In this document: one piece after another, positions 35,288 through 46,363 of the stretch
Position numbering within the stretch: the stretch's first letter is position 1
Layout: every line of letters begins with the position of its first letter
Translations under genes and position numbers: made by a program
Assembly: GCA_027044945.1 (NCBI GenBank)
Contig: JALUBK010000045.1
Coordinates: forward strand, 1 to 63,419
Direction of reading: 5' to 3'
DNA from: Campylobacterales bacterium
GTDB lineage: Bacteria > Campylobacterota > Campylobacteria > Campylobacterales > JALSKU01
Length of the DNA: 63,419 bases
The notes under the pieces: generated by a model
The model's input: only the letters and a program-made list of their open reading frames with translations
Told to the model about the DNA's origin: nothing
Database searches by the model: none

Positions 35288-38058
35288 TATTTAACACAAC
35301 TTCTTTTTTCTTCTTCATCTTTGCATCTATCGCAAAGCTCACCTTCTTTTTCAACTCTATATTTCCAACATCTCGGACATTTAAATTGTGTGGCATTATA
35401 TATTTTAAATTCATCTGTTCCGACTTCAAAAGTTTCGATAGGATTTCCATCTATTCGCAAATTAACTTGACTTACAGTAAACCAATCCTCTTTATCTGCT
35501 TTGGTTAATTTTTCAAGTTCTTTTGATTCACTGGCTAAAACCAATTCAAGTGTTGATTTTATTTTTTTATCTTTTTTCAAATTATCTACTATTTCAAAAA
35601 ATTTCTCTCTAGCTTCTATCATATAATCTTCATCAAAAGGTTTAGTTACATTTGGCAACTCTTCATAAACAAGATCAAATACATCTTCACAATCTCCTTT
35701 TATAACTTTAGGAGAATGTTCCAATATCTCATCAGCACTATATGTTAAAACTGGTGCAATAATAGTTAACATATTTTTTGCAATTAATGCCATAGCACTT
35801 TGTGTTGCTCTTCTTGTGTGGGAATTTTTAGGATCACAATATAATCTATCTTTTGAAATATCAAGGTAAATTCCGCTTAAATAATTTATGATAAAATAAC
35901 TAAGAGTTGATAATCCTTTTGAAAAATCATAATCATCAAAAGCTTCGTTACATTCTTTAAATACTTCTTTGGCTTTTGCCATTATCCAAAGATCGATAGA
36001 AGAAAAATTCTCAATTTTTTCAATATTTTCTAAATCATTAACATTTGCAAGTAAAAATCTAAAAGTATTTCTTATTTTTCTATACTGTTCGCTAACTTGT
36101 TTCAAGATAGTATCACTTATTTTCAAATCACCGCTATAATCACTCATTCCAACCCAAAGTCTTAAAATTTCTACTCCATATCTTTTTGCAACTTCATTTG
36201 GAGCAACAACATTTCCTTTTGATTTACTCATTTTTTCACCTTTTTCATCAACAGTAAATCCATGAGTTAAAATATTTTTATATGGAGCTTTTGCATTAAT
36301 TGCAGTGCTAACTAAAAGAGAACTTTGGAACCAACCTCTATGCTGGTCACTTCCTTCCAAATACATATTGGCAGGATAATTTCCCGCATCATAATTTTTA
36401 CTTTCCAAAACGGCTCTCCAAGTGCTACCACTATCAAACCAAACATCAAGAATATCTAAAACTTTTGTTAAATTATCAGGATTGTATTTTGAATTTGCAG
36501 GAAGCAATTCTTCAATACTCAAATCCCACCATGCATCAGCACCTTTTTCTTTAAATATATTTGCCACATTATCTAAAACATCACTGTCAAATATCGGCTC
36601 ACCCGTAGTTTTATCTCTAAAAAATGCTATCGGAACACCCCAGTCTCTTTGTCTACTAATACACCAATCAGGTCTATTTTCAATCATTGTCGTAAGTCTA
36701 TTTTCACCACTTTGTGGATAAAATTTTACATTTTTAACTTCTCTTAAAGCATTTTCTCGAAGATTTCCATCAACACATTCTTTATCCATAGCAATAAACC
36801 ATTGTTTTGTAGCTCTATAAATAACTGGCTTATGAGTTCTCCAACAATATGGATACGAGTGAGTAAATTTTGAAGATTTTATAAGAGCATGTCCTAATAA
36901 TTCAAGTATTTTATCATTTGCATCAAAAATATGCATACCCACAAAATCTTTAGCATTTGGAATCAATTTTTCCCTAACTATTGTTTCATCATAAAGTCCA
37001 TCTTCATCTACTGGCATAATAACATCTATACCGTATCTAAGAGATACACGATAATCATCTTCTCCGTGTCCTGGAGCTGTATGAACACAACCTGTTCCGC
37101 CACTCATTTCAACATGTTCGCCTAAAATAATTTGAGATTTTCTTCCATTGAGAGGATTTATAGCTTTTAAATTTTCAAGTTTTTTTGATGCAAAAGTTTT
37201 TATTATCGAACCTTTTACGATTTCATCTTTTATTAAATTTTCATATAATTTTTCAGCTACAATAAAACCATCGCTGGTTAAAACATAATCTTCTTCTGGA
37301 TTTAAAGCTATTGCCATATTGGCAGGAAGTGTCCAAGGAGTTGTTGTCCAAATAATAATAGAAGCTTCATTTTCAATTCCAAGCTCTTTTTTTGCTTCCT
37401 CATCTAATTTAAAAGATACAAATATAGAATAATCTTCTTTATCTTGATACTCTACTTCAGCCTCAGCTAAAGCAGTTTTTGCTGCCCAAGACCAATATAT
37501 TGGCTTACTTCGTTCTATCAAAAGACCTTTTTTTGCTATATCGCATAAAGCTCTATAAATATCAGCCTCAAATTCAAACTTCATAGTCAAATATGGATTT
37601 TCCCAATCTCCAATAACACCTAAAGCTTTAAATTCTTCTTTTTGTATTGTCCAAAATTTTGTTGCATGTTGTCTGCAAAGTTCTCTGATTTTATTTTTTG
37701 GCAAAAAATCTTTTTTAGCTTTTCCTATCTTTTTTTCTACTTGCTGTTCTATTGGAAGACCATGGCAGTCCCATCCTGGAACATATTTAACTTGTTCTCC
37801 AGAAAAATAATGCTTTTTGACAATAATATCTTTTAAAATTTTATTAAGAGCATGTCCTATATGAATATGTCCGTTTGCATAAGGAGGTCCATCATGAAGA
37901 TTAAAACTTTTTTCAGCATTTTTTCTATTTTTTATCATTTTTTGATATACTTTTTTCTCTTCAAACCAATTTTTATATCTTTTTGGTTCATTTTGAGGCA
38001 GATTTCCTCTCATTGCAAATGTAGTTTTAGGCAACAATAGAGTATCTTTATAATCCAT
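35287..38058 (-). CDS. ileS: Isoleucyl-tRNA synthetase
   Basis: [25 protein letters not shown]-terminal CPRC...CDRC. Confidence 0.99.
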   Translation of the reverse strand: MDYKDTLLLPKTTFAMRGNLPQNEPKRYKNWFEEKKVYQKMIKNRKNAEKSFNLHDGPPYANGHIHIGHALNKILKDIIVKKHYFSGEQVKYVPGWDCHGLPIEQQVEKKIGKAKKDFLPKNKIRELCRQHATKFWTIQKEEFKALGVIGDWENPYLTMKFEFEADIYRALCDIAKKGLLIERSKPIYWSWAAKTALAEAEVEYQDKEDYSIFVSFKLDEEAKKELGIENEASIIIWTTTPWTLPANMAIALNPEEDYVLTSDGFIVAEKLYENLIKDEIVKGSIIKTFASKKLENLKAINPLNGRKSQIILGEHVEMSGGTGCVHTAPGHGEDDYRVSLRYGIDVIMPVDEDGLYDETIVREKLIPNAKDFVGMHIFDANDKILELLGHALIKSSKFTHSYPYCWRTHKPVIYRATKQWFIAMDKECVDGNLRENALREVKNVKFYPQSGENRLTTMIENRPDWCISRQRDWGVPIAFFRDKTTGEPIFDSDVLDNVANIFKEKGADAWWDLSIEELLPANSKYNPDNLTKVLDILDVWFDSGSTWRAVLESKNYDAGNYPANMYLEGSDQHRGWFQSSLLVSTAINAKAPYKNILTHGFTVDEKGEKMSKSKGNVVAPNEVAKRYGVEILRLWVGMSDYSGDLKISDTILKQVSEQYRKIRNTFRFLLANVNDLENIEKIENFSSIDLWIMAKAKEVFKECNEAFDDYDFSKGLSTLSYFIINYLSGIYLDISKDRLYCDPKNSHTRRATQSAMALIAKNMLTIIAPVLTYSADEILEHSPKVIKGDCEDVFDLVYEELPNVTKPFDEDYMIEAREKFFEIVDNLKKDKKIKSTLELVLASESKELEKLTKADKEDWFTVSQVNLRIDGNPIETFEVGTDEFKIYNATQFKCPRCWKYRVEKEGELCDRCKDEEEKRSCVK

Positions 38059-38167
38059 TTGAAAAACTCCTACTATTAAATTCTGTAATTTTATCTAAAA
38101 AGGTATTAAAAATCGGTTAATATCCGATATAATTATAACTGATTAACAAAATCAAAAAGGAGATATT

Positions 38168-39259
38168 TTGACAAATACAGTTATTATCGTAGGAGAAAGC
38201 ATAAAATACAATGAAATTTTAAAAGATTATATTTATCGTAATATTAAAAAACATTTACAACAAATTGATTTTTTATATTTATTGGAAGAAAATGACAAAA
38301 ATCTTTTTTTAACTCTTGAAGAAGCAGTATCTAAAAGTGATAATACCATAATTGTAAGCAATGATAAAAATTTTAATATTATTGGAAAAATTCTTTGCAC
38401 GACATTTGATGATACAATGATTGTAAAATCAAACATGATCATACCTTCAAAATCCATTTTATACGATGATAATTCATATCTTTTAGAAGAATCTGAAAAA
38501 AAAATAAATGTTTTTCAAATAAAAGAAAACAATAAACTGCCAAAAATTCTTATTAATGAGAAAAAAGATATTAAATTTATCAATATTTTTGACATAGATG
38601 AGGAATCTTGCAAAATTCTCTTAAAGCCAATAGCTGAAAATTATGAAATAAAAATAAAAATCATTAAAATAATAGAAGATTGGAATCTTGTAAAAATAGA
38701 GAGTTTAAAATATGGACAAATAAATAATTTTATAGAATCTGCAAGACAGCTATTAAACAATAAAATTATTCCCGAAAAAGATATTTGTAAATTTATAACA
38801 AAAACACTTATAAATAAAAATCAAAAAATAACAACTGCTGAAAGTTGCACTGGTGGATTACTTTCATCAATGTTTATAAAATATAGCGGAGTATCTAGCA
38901 TCATAAATGGAAATCTCGTAACATATTCCAACCAAATAAAAGAAGCATGGCTTGGAGTAGAGCAAAAAACATTACAAACTTATGGTGCTGTTAGTGAAGA
39001 ATGTGTAAAACAGATGCTTGAAGGTGCACTAAATATAAGTAATTCTGAAATTGCCATGGCAGTAAGTGGTATAGCAGGTCCTAATGGAGGAACAAAAGAA
39101 AAACCTGTGGGCACTGTATATATAGGAGTAAAAAGTATAAATGAAAAAGCAATTGTTCAAAAGTTACATTTAAGCGGAGATAGGATTTATATCCAAAAAC
39201 AAGCTGTTTATTATGCTATAAAATTATTATTATCAGTCAAAAAAAATATTTTTTTCTAA
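38168..39259 (+). CDS. cinA: CinA-family protein with C-terminal PncC (NMN deamidase) domain
   Basis: TAESCTGG, YSNQIK, GAVSEE, SGIAGP.GG...KPVGTV; TTG start after AAGGAG. Confidence 0.88.
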   Translation: MTNTVIIVGESIKYNEILKDYIYRNIKKHLQQIDFLYLLEENDKNLFLTLEEAVSKSDNTIIVSNDKNFNIIGKILCTTFDDTMIVKSNMIIPSKSILYDDNSYLLEESEKKINVFQIKENNKLPKILINEKKDIKFINIFDIDEESCKILLKPIAENYEIKIKIIKIIEDWNLVKIESLKYGQINNFIESARQLLNNKIIPEKDICKFITKTLINKNQKITTAESCTGGLLSSMFIKYSGVSSIINGNLVTYSNQIKEAWLGVEQKTLQTYGAVSEECVKQMLEGALNISNSEIAMAVSGIAGPNGGTKEKPVGTVYIGVKSINEKAIVQKLHLSGDRIYIQKQAVYYAIKLLLSVKKNIFF

Positions 39260-39274
39260 AAAATGCAAAAAACC

Positions 39275-39303
39275 TTGACAAATATAAAAAATTTCTCTAT
39301 AAT
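39275..39303 (+). promoter_or_regulatory. Consensus sigma70 promoter of the tRNA operon
   Basis: TTGACA (39275-39280), 17-nt spacer, TATAAT (39298-39303). Confidence 0.9.
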
Positions 39304-39330
39304 TTCAACTCCATTTCAAATGGCACAGGT

Positions 39331-39406
39331 GACTCCTTAGCTCAGTTGGTAGAGCAATTCCCTTTTAAGGAATGGGCCGTTGGTTCGAATCCAACAGGGG
39401 TCACCA
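39331..39406 (+). tRNA. tRNA-Lys(UUU)
   Basis: Cloverleaf, anticodon arm ATTCC-CTTTTAA-GGAAT, TTCGAAT, 3' CCA. Confidence 0.97.
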
Positions 39407-39430
39407 TTTTTTTTGAAATATGTAACAAAA

Positions 39431-39506
39431 GACCCCATCGTCTAGTGGTCAAGGACCCCGCCCTTTCACGGCGGTAACAGGGGTTCAAATCCCCTTGGGG
39501 TCGCCA
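39431..39506 (+). tRNA. tRNA-Glu(UUC)
   Basis: Anticodon arm CCGCC-CTTTCAC-GGCGG, TTCAAAT, 3' CCA. Confidence 0.97.
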
Positions 39507-39541
39507 TTATTTTAATGGTATCTGTAATTCCTTGACAAATA

Positions 39542-39617
39542 GGTCGCTTAGCTCAGTTGGTAGAGCGCCACCCTTACAAGGTGGATGTCAGAAGTTCGAG
39601 TCTTCTAGCGACCACCA
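39542..39617 (+). tRNA. tRNA-Val(UAC)
   Basis: Anticodon arm CCACC-CTTACAA-GGTGG, TTCGAGT, 3' CCA. Confidence 0.97.
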
Positions 39618-39627
39618 TTTTTTAGGT

Positions 39628-39704
39628 GCGGTGGTAGTTCAGTTGGTTAGAATATCGGCCTGTCACGCCGGGGGTCGCGAGTTCGAGTCTCGTCCACCGC
39701 GCCA
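39628..39704 (+). tRNA. tRNA-Asp(GUC)
   Basis: Anticodon arm TCGGC-CTGTCAC-GCCGG, TTCGAGT, 3' CCA. Confidence 0.97.
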
Positions 39705-39784
39705 CTTCATTTTTATATATCTCAAATTCTTATTATTTTTAAAATTATGAAACCACAGCATAGTATAAATATTTATAAATTTTT

Positions 39785-39814
39785 GTTAAAATCCAAATAA
39801 TTTTGGATTTTAAC
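39785..39814. terminator. Probable bidirectional terminator between the tRNA operon and ccsBA
   Basis: Perfect 13-bp IR GTTAAAATCCAAA-taat-TTTGGATTTTAAC between convergent units. Confidence 0.7.
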
Positions 39815-39824
39815 TTTAAAAATT

Positions 39825-42800
39825 TTATAATCTTTTAGAATGTTTTCTTTTTGGAAAAGCTATAATAATTACCATCGATACAATAGCAATTGTCCAATAT
39901 ACCCATTGAGGAATAGGAACAGGCTGACCAGTTGCATAAGAATGCATTCCTACCAAATAATAATTTACCCCAAGATATGTCATAATAACAGAGGCATATG
40001 CTACGGTTGAAGCTACAGCAAATTTAAATTGCGAATTAAGTTTTGGTATCAATCTCATATGAACGACTGAAGCATAAACCAAAATAGATATTAATGCCCA
40101 AGTTTCTTTTGGATCCCAACTCCAATATCTACCCCATGATTCATTTGCCCAAACACCGCCTAAAAAAGTACCTAATGTTAACATCATAAGACCTAATATC
40201 ATAGACATTTCATTAACTCTACTTGCTTCGGTAATACTTTTTTGTATATGTTGATTCATTGCACTTTTTTTAGGATCATTACTTAACATAATAAACATAA
40301 TAAGAGTAAAGAAGCCAAGAATTGCATTTAATCCTAAAAATCCATAACTTGCCGTAATAACAGAAACATGCACCATGAGCCAATAAGATTTCAGAACAGG
40401 AACAAGGTTGGTTATCTGTGGATCCATCCAGCTAAGATTTGCCACAAATAAAAATATTCCTGTTAATATTGCCGTCAAAGACAAAGCCATAGTAGAATAT
40501 TTTGAAAATATTAATCCAGCAAAAATTAAAGACCATGCTACATATATCATTGATTCATACCCATCACTCCAAGGAGCATGACCTGAAATATATCCTCTAA
40601 GCCCCATATTGAATGTTTGTGCAATAAATGCAAGAAGAAGAATATAAAATAACAATTTCACCATTAATTCCACTGAGCTTTTTGGTTTTAATAATTTATA
40701 TATTATAACAAGCAAAAGCAAAAATCCAGCAATAAGATACACAGGTATCAATCTTGGGAAAATATTTAAATGATTATAAAGTATTTCCGCTTTAATATGA
40801 TTTTTGTTTTCTAAAATATTTTTTCCATATTTTTGTTGATAATTTGAAATAACTTTTAAAGCTCTATTGGCATCCATCCAATTACCTGTTTTTATACCTT
40901 TTTGCAATGCATCAAAATACATCATAAGCATAATTCTAACTTCTTCGCTTTGATTTTTTGGAAAAGTAGCAATAGCTTCTTTTGGAGAATACCATTTATT
41001 GTTTGGGTCATCTATCTTAGGGAATATTTTAAATAATTCTCCTGTATAAAGCGAATAAAGAACACTAACTCTTTCATCAGCTTTTAAGATATCTCTATCA
41101 AATCTATTTCTTTCTATTGGAGCTTTTCTGCTTGAAATATCTGCATAAGTTGAAAGTTTATATGAATGGTTTCCTTCTGATTTAAAAAAATCATCAAAAG
41201 AAGCATAATTTGCATCTTTTGGTATACCTAAAATTTTTTTCAATCTAACATCAGAAACTTTTATGATAGGAATATTTTGCCAAATTTCTGGAGAAGAAAG
41301 CATGCCAAGCACTATTTGATCAGCATCAAGACCAAAAAAACTTCTTTTTCTTGCGACTTTATTCATAACTTCATTAGCAAAAGAATCTATTGGCTCAACT
41401 CTACCACCTCTGTCTTGCAAAAGCAACATTCCAAATTTATCTGCATGTGCTTTATTGTATTTTTTAACAATATTAATACTTTGTTGCACAGATAATTGTT
41501 TAATACTAGATACCGCATGTGCAGGTTGAGATATAGATAACAACACAAAAGCACCCAAAAAAGATATAACAATAGATTTATCTTTTTTTATCTCTTGTTG
41601 AATTTTTCTTCCAAGAGTTCTAAATCTACTTTTTGGGCTTAAAATCGTTAAAATAAAACCTATGGCAAGCAATAAATATCCAAAATATGTAGGATATATT
41701 CCTGGATCATGATTGACAGAAAGAACTGTTCCTTTTTCATCCATATCGTAAGAAGATTGATAAAATCTATAGTTTTTATATTTAAGAATATGATTCATAT
41801 ATATTTTAAAAGGCATAACAACTCCATTTTTTTTATCTATCAAAGTAACTTCGCTTGAATATGAAGATGGAGCCATAGAACCTGGATATCTGTCAAGTTG
41901 AAAATGTCTTAATTTTACATAAAAAGGTAATTTTAACATTTTTGAACCCCATTGCAAACTAAAAGGCACACCGCCAAGCACTACTTTTTTTACAAAACCC
42001 TTACTGTCTTCACCTCGACCAAACATTGTTGCTTTTTTAGTTTTGCCATTATATTCTATTTGAACTACTAAAGCATTAAGCCCAATAGGATTCAAACTAT
42101 TTTTTACATTGGGTTCTGAAATTAATTTTTCTTTTCCTTTTAGGCTAATAATTTTTGGTGCAAATTTAATTTTACCCACACTATAAAGATTTTTCTTTGT
42201 AAAATTATTTTCTTTTTTAGCTAAAATAGTTTTTTTATTTTGGTTTATCATATTTAAAGCAATTATATTTTGATTTGATGATATATAAAATTTTCCATTT
42301 TTTGTTATTAAATTTACTACAAATTTAGAAGATGAACTAATAGGTTTATTTAGTGTGAAAATTATATTGTCAATCTTTTTCTGATCACCGTTTTTCAATA
42401 CAAAACTACTATGATACATATCTGTAGTCATAAGAGATACCATCGGTTCACCATTTGGATCATCAACTATACTATTTATTGCATTTGGAATATATTTTAT
42501 ATATTTTATATATGCATTTTTTCCATCAACATTCATTTTTATATCAAAATTATTATCTCCTATTTTTGATAAATATATTTTTTTATCAGCATAATAGATT
42601 TTTCCATTCTTTTTAGCTTTTATTTGAACATAAGGTGCACTAGAAATTATTTTATCTTCTGTCATACCATCTCTTATATGCATTAAACCTTCATATCCTA
42701 TATATCTAGTAATAATAGCACCCAAAAGAATAAATAAAAAACCTACATGAAAAATAAAAATAGGTAATTTTTCTTTTCTATACAATTTATATCTTATAAT

Positions 42801-42995
42801 ATTATAAACTAGATTTACACCCAAAAGAAATTGAATAAGACCAAACCAAAATGTTCCATACACAACACCCCAAGCAGTTTCAGTCCCATAACTACTTTCT
42901 ATAAAAGTTGCTATAGCCGAACTAACAGCAAAAATAAAAAATAGAAAAATAGCACTTTCTATGGAAAAAAATATTTTTTTCAGACTCTTAATCAT
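39825..42995 (-). CDS. ccsBA: System II cytochrome c synthase, fused CcsBA (ResB/ResC)
   Basis: FHVGF, RFYQSSY, HAPWS..YES, WWD domain WANESWGRYWSWDPKETW, GMHSYA; ATG 42995 after AAGGA (track start 43040). Confidence 0.95.
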   Translation of the reverse strand: MIKSLKKIFFSIESAIFLFFIFAVSSAIATFIESSYGTETAWGVVYGTFWFGLIQFLLGVNLVYNIIRYKLYRKEKLPIFIFHVGFLFILLGAIITRYIGYEGLMHIRDGMTEDKIISSAPYVQIKAKKNGKIYYADKKIYLSKIGDNNFDIKMNVDGKNAYIKYIKYIPNAINSIVDDPNGEPMVSLMTTDMYHSSFVLKNGDQKKIDNIIFTLNKPISSSSKFVVNLITKNGKFYISSNQNIIALNMINQNKKTILAKKENNFTKKNLYSVGKIKFAPKIISLKGKEKLISEPNVKNSLNPIGLNALVVQIEYNGKTKKATMFGRGEDSKGFVKKVVLGGVPFSLQWGSKMLKLPFYVKLRHFQLDRYPGSMAPSSYSSEVTLIDKKNGVVMPFKIYMNHILKYKNYRFYQSSYDMDEKGTVLSVNHDPGIYPTYFGYLLLAIGFILTILSPKSRFRTLGRKIQQEIKKDKSIVISFLGAFVLLSISQPAHAVSSIKQLSVQQSINIVKKYNKAHADKFGMLLLQDRGGRVEPIDSFANEVMNKVARKRSFFGLDADQIVLGMLSSPEIWQNIPIIKVSDVRLKKILGIPKDANYASFDDFFKSEGNHSYKLSTYADISSRKAPIERNRFDRDILKADERVSVLYSLYTGELFKIFPKIDDPNNKWYSPKEAIATFPKNQSEEVRIMLMMYFDALQKGIKTGNWMDANRALKVISNYQQKYGKNILENKNHIKAEILYNHLNIFPRLIPVYLIAGFLLLLVIIYKLLKPKSSVELMVKLLFYILLLAFIAQTFNMGLRGYISGHAPWSDGYESMIYVAWSLIFAGLIFSKYSTMALSLTAILTGIFLFVANLSWMDPQITNLVPVLKSYWLMVHVSVITASYGFLGLNAILGFFTLIMFIMLSNDPKKSAMNQHIQKSITEASRVNEMSMILGLMMLTLGTFLGGVWANESWGRYWSWDPKETWALISILVYASVVHMRLIPKLNSQFKFAVASTVAYASVIMTYLGVNYYLVGMHSYATGQPVPIPQWVYWTIAIVSMVIIIAFPKRKHSKRL

Positions 42996-43115
42996 ATACA
43001 TCCTTTTTAAAAATACTAAGATTTTATCTAAAAAATACAAACAACAATATTAAATTATATATTAATAATGTTTTATAGAATTAATTTTAGAAATATTATG
43101 CAGAAAACATAGAAA

Positions 43116-43206
43116 TGGCGGACAGGGAGGGATTCGAACCCTCGGTACCGTTACCAGTACGCATCCTTAGCAGGGATGTGGTTTCAGCCAACTCACCCAC
43201 CTGTCC
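43116..43206 (-). tRNA. tRNA-Ser(GCU)
   Basis: Revcomp GGACAGG...CATCC-CTGCTAA-GGATG, long variable arm, TTCGAAT, 3' CCA. Confidence 0.97.
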
Positions 43207-43252
43207 AAAAATTAGAATGTGATTATAGTAAAAAATAGATAATATTTTACTT

Positions 43253-43280
43253 AAACAGACCTCAAAAGAGATCTGTTTTT
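43253..43280 (-). terminator. Rho-independent terminator after the AsmA gene
   Basis: AAACAGATCTC-TTTT-GAGGTCTGTTT hairpin (one G-U) right after the stop at 43283. Confidence 0.65.
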
Positions 43281-43282
43281 AT

Positions 43283-44755
43283 TTATTTGATTGATCCGTT
43301 ATAAAAAACTTTACATTTTGATGATTTTTTTATTTTAGGAATTACTTTTCCAAATCGGGCAAAAAGTGATTGAGCCATACTTGTTACGACATTTGCAACA
43401 ATCTTTGATTTATTAATTCTTGGATTGCTAAAGGTTCCATTAATTTTTTGAATAAATGTTGCACATCTTTTGCTATTTAAAATTCCGACAGATACATTAA
43501 CAAAACTTTCTCTTGGCAAGTTAATTTTACCCTTTAATGCAATTATATGATTTTTTATCGCAAATGCTACATCTTTAAGTGTCATAATACCATTTTTAAC
43601 AGGAGTATCAATAACGAGTTTTCTTATAGCAGTAGTTCCACCGTTAAAACCTATTGCAGTTTCAACTCCATTAATTCCCTTGCCAGATACTGCTTTTATA
43701 GATCCAGTAAATAAAAATGCTCCAGCATCTTTTAAGTTTATTTTTTTCAAATTATTATAATTATCTACTATTTTATTCAAATCAATCCCTTTTATTCCAA
43801 TATTATTACCCTGAATATATGAAGTTCCAGTGAGGGTTTTTTCAATATTTTTTAAAGAAGTACCTGTCATTGAAAGTTTTATATCTGCTTTTACATATCC
43901 ATCAAGAGAAACTTTTTTATTTTTTATAAAATCTTTTGAAAATTCTTTTAAATCAATCTTAGCAACATGTTCTTCTACTAAAATAAGAGGTTTTTTGTTT
44001 TGCATATTATAAACTAATTTACCCATAACATTAGAATTAAATATTCTAAATTTCATAGGATTTATTATTGCAATTTTATTTTTTATTTTAAAATTTGCAG
44101 AAATATCTGTTAAAAGATATTTGTTATATTTTATATTATTGATAGACAATAATCCTTTTAAAGAAAGTGTTTTAAAAATATCTTTGCCATTTATAGCTAT
44201 ATTGTTAATAGTTAAATTGAGTCCGTTTATTTTAGTTTCCATTTTTGTTTGCATATCTTTATATACAATATTGACATTTTTAATCAAAATTTTATTTACA
44301 TTTATTTTTGATAAATTATTTTTTTTATTGGATTTTGGCTTATTTTCTTTTATATTTTTTTGTGATTTTTTTTCAATCGCAAGATTTAAAACTCCTTTTT
44401 TAGATTTTTCAACAAGCAAATTAATATTAGCAAATTCAATATAATTAATTTTTATTTGTTTATGTAAAAGAGGTATGATTTGCAAAGATATTGCAGCTTT
44501 TTGCACTTTTAACATATTGCCTTTACTAAATCCTTTTGGATTTTTAATTATTATATTTTTTGCACTAAGACCAAACGGAGATAGCGAAAAACCAATCTTA
44601 CCATTTATTTTCAACTCTTTACCAGTAGCTTCATAAACTTTTTGCTCAATCTGAGGCTTATATTTATTTAAATTAAAAGTAAAAATAGCAACAAGCAATG
44701 CTATTATAATTATTGTCATCGCCATAACAGAACTGATAAGTATTTTCTTTCCCAT
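43283..44755 (-). CDS. AsmA-family envelope protein
   Basis: N-terminal anchor, N.YK..IE..V..ATG..L.I.G, beta-rich body, INGTFSNP end. Confidence 0.88.
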   Translation of the reverse strand: MGKKILISSVMAMTIIIIALLVAIFTFNLNKYKPQIEQKVYEATGKELKINGKIGFSLSPFGLSAKNIIIKNPKGFSKGNMLKVQKAAISLQIIPLLHKQIKINYIEFANINLLVEKSKKGVLNLAIEKKSQKNIKENKPKSNKKNNLSKINVNKILIKNVNIVYKDMQTKMETKINGLNLTINNIAINGKDIFKTLSLKGLLSINNIKYNKYLLTDISANFKIKNKIAIINPMKFRIFNSNVMGKLVYNMQNKKPLILVEEHVAKIDLKEFSKDFIKNKKVSLDGYVKADIKLSMTGTSLKNIEKTLTGTSYIQGNNIGIKGIDLNKIVDNYNNLKKINLKDAGAFLFTGSIKAVSGKGINGVETAIGFNGGTTAIRKLVIDTPVKNGIMTLKDVAFAIKNHIIALKGKINLPRESFVNVSVGILNSKRCATFIQKINGTFSNPRINKSKIVANVVTSMAQSLFARFGKVIPKIKKSSKCKVFYNGSIK

Positions 44756-44757
44756 GT

Positions 44758-45441
44758 TTAAATCCTTTTTAATATCTTTTCAACCGTATATTTTGGATCA
44801 TTTGATCTATATATAGGTCTTCCTATTACGATAAAATCAACTAAATTTTCTTTTGCTATTTCAAGATTTGCTACTCTTTTTTGATCATTGCTTTCTTCTC
44901 CAAATGGTCTGATACCAGGACTTAAAGTTAAAAAATTAGGATTGGTTATCTCTTTTATATTTTTACTTTCATAGGCTGAACAAACAATTCCATCAAGCTT
45001 ACATTCATTTGCTTTTTTAGCAAAAAATAAACTCTTTTTTTCTATCGTAGAGTTATAAATATCTTTAAAATTTTGATTATCAAAACTAGTAAGAACTGAT
45101 ACACCAAGAACTATGGGTCTATTTTTTATATTATTTATTCTTTGCATAACACTTTTCATAGCTTGAGCTCCACTTGTTATATGAATATTAAATATATCTA
45201 TGCCAATTTCTGCTATTTCACTAGCAGCATCTGCCATTGTATTTGGAATATCATAAAGTTTTAAATCCAAAAAAATTTTAAAATTCGAATTAATATTTTT
45301 TAATTCTTGTATTATTTTTTTTCCGTCTCTAATATATGATCTTAACCCAACTTTCAACCAAATATCATAATCTTTTATCATTTTGGCTAATTTTAAATTT
45401 TCTTCAAGAGTGGGTAAATCCAATGCCACACAAAGTTTCAT
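44758..45441 (-). CDS. pyrF: Orotidine-5'-phosphate decarboxylase
   Basis: VALD, LKVG, DLKLYDIPNT, PGIR, GRPI. Confidence 0.97.
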   Translation of the reverse strand: MKLCVALDLPTLEENLKLAKMIKDYDIWLKVGLRSYIRDGKKIIQELKNINSNFKIFLDLKLYDIPNTMADAASEIAEIGIDIFNIHITSGAQAMKSVMQRINNIKNRPIVLGVSVLTSFDNQNFKDIYNSTIEKKSLFFAKKANECKLDGIVCSAYESKNIKEITNPNFLTLSPGIRPFGEESNDQKRVANLEIAKENLVDFIVIGRPIYRSNDPKYTVEKILKRI

Positions 45442-45860
45442 TTGTCATCCTCTTTTCTACTTTTTAAATCTTTTTGAACTGAGCCTAAAACACCATTTAC
45501 AAATTTTGGAACATTTTCATTTCCAAGTGATTTTGCAAGTTCTATTGCTTCATTTATAGCAACAGCTTGATCTACTTTAGCATTTATCAATTCATAAGTC
45601 CCAAGTCTTAATATAGCTCTTTCTATATGCCCTATTTCATTTATATCCCATGCTTTTAAATGCTTATCTATTTCCTTGTCAAGATTATCAAGATTGACTA
45701 TTACACCTTTCATAAGAGCAAGTGCAAAATCTTTTTGCTTATTTCTTATTTTTTTGTTTTCAAATATCTCATCTTCAAATTTTTCTATCTCCGTATTGCC
45801 CATATCATAAGCATACAACATGGATACAACCGCTTCTCTTACTTGATGTCTTGTTGCCAT
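45438..45860 (-). CDS. nusB: Transcription antitermination factor NusB
   Basis: MATRHQVRE, ERAILRL, INEAIELAK, FVNGVL; start moved to 45860. Confidence 0.96.
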   Translation of the reverse strand: MATRHQVREAVVSMLYAYDMGNTEIEKFEDEIFENKKIRNKQKDFALALMKGVIVNLDNLDKEIDKHLKAWDINEIGHIERAILRLGTYELINAKVDQAVAINEAIELAKSLGNENVPKFVNGVLGSVQKDLKSRKEDDK

Positions 45861-45861
45861 T

Positions 45862-46326
45862 TTATATACCTTTGTATAAATCAATCAATTCTACAAGTCC
45901 AGTCATTGCATCAAAACCTTTGTTTCCTGCTTTACTTCCTGCTCTCTCAATCGCTTGTTCTATTGTATCAGTTGTTAAAACACCGAAGGTTACTGGAAAT
46001 TTATATTTTAAAGTTGTAGTAGCTATTCCTTTAGCAGCTTCGGCGGCAACATAATCAAAATGAGGAGTGCTTCCTCTTATAACAGCTCCCAAGCAACAAA
46101 CGCCATCATATTTACCACTTGATAATAATCTATCAAGCGCAAAAGGTATTTCAAAAGCACCAGGAACTAAAATAAGGTCAAGATTTTTTTCATCTCCTCC
46201 ATGCCTTAAAAAAGCATCTTTAGCTCCTTCTGTTAATCTATCTGTTATAATATGATTAAATCTACTATTTATAATAGCAATTTTTACATTTGCATCAAGT
46301 TTTAATTTACCTTCAATTATATTCAT
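45862..46326 (-). CDS. ribH: Lumazine synthase
   Basis: [26 protein letters not shown]. Confidence 0.98.
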   Translation of the reverse strand: MNIIEGKLKLDANVKIAIINSRFNHIITDRLTEGAKDAFLRHGGDEKNLDLILVPGAFEIPFALDRLLSSGKYDGVCCLGAVIRGSTPHFDYVAAEAAKGIATTTLKYKFPVTFGVLTTDTIEQAIERAGSKAGNKGFDAMTGLVELIDLYKGI

Positions 46327-46363
46327 CAATTATCCCTTATTTTTTAAATATTATACTATAAAA

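Noticed and set aside
39532-39750. 72-aa ORF in the track
   Set aside because: It is a translation of the tRNA-Val and tRNA-Asp genes.
39705-43115. Possible tRNA-integrated island carrying ccsBA
   Set aside because: No integrase, no duplicated tRNA 3' end seen, and the cargo is a core gene.
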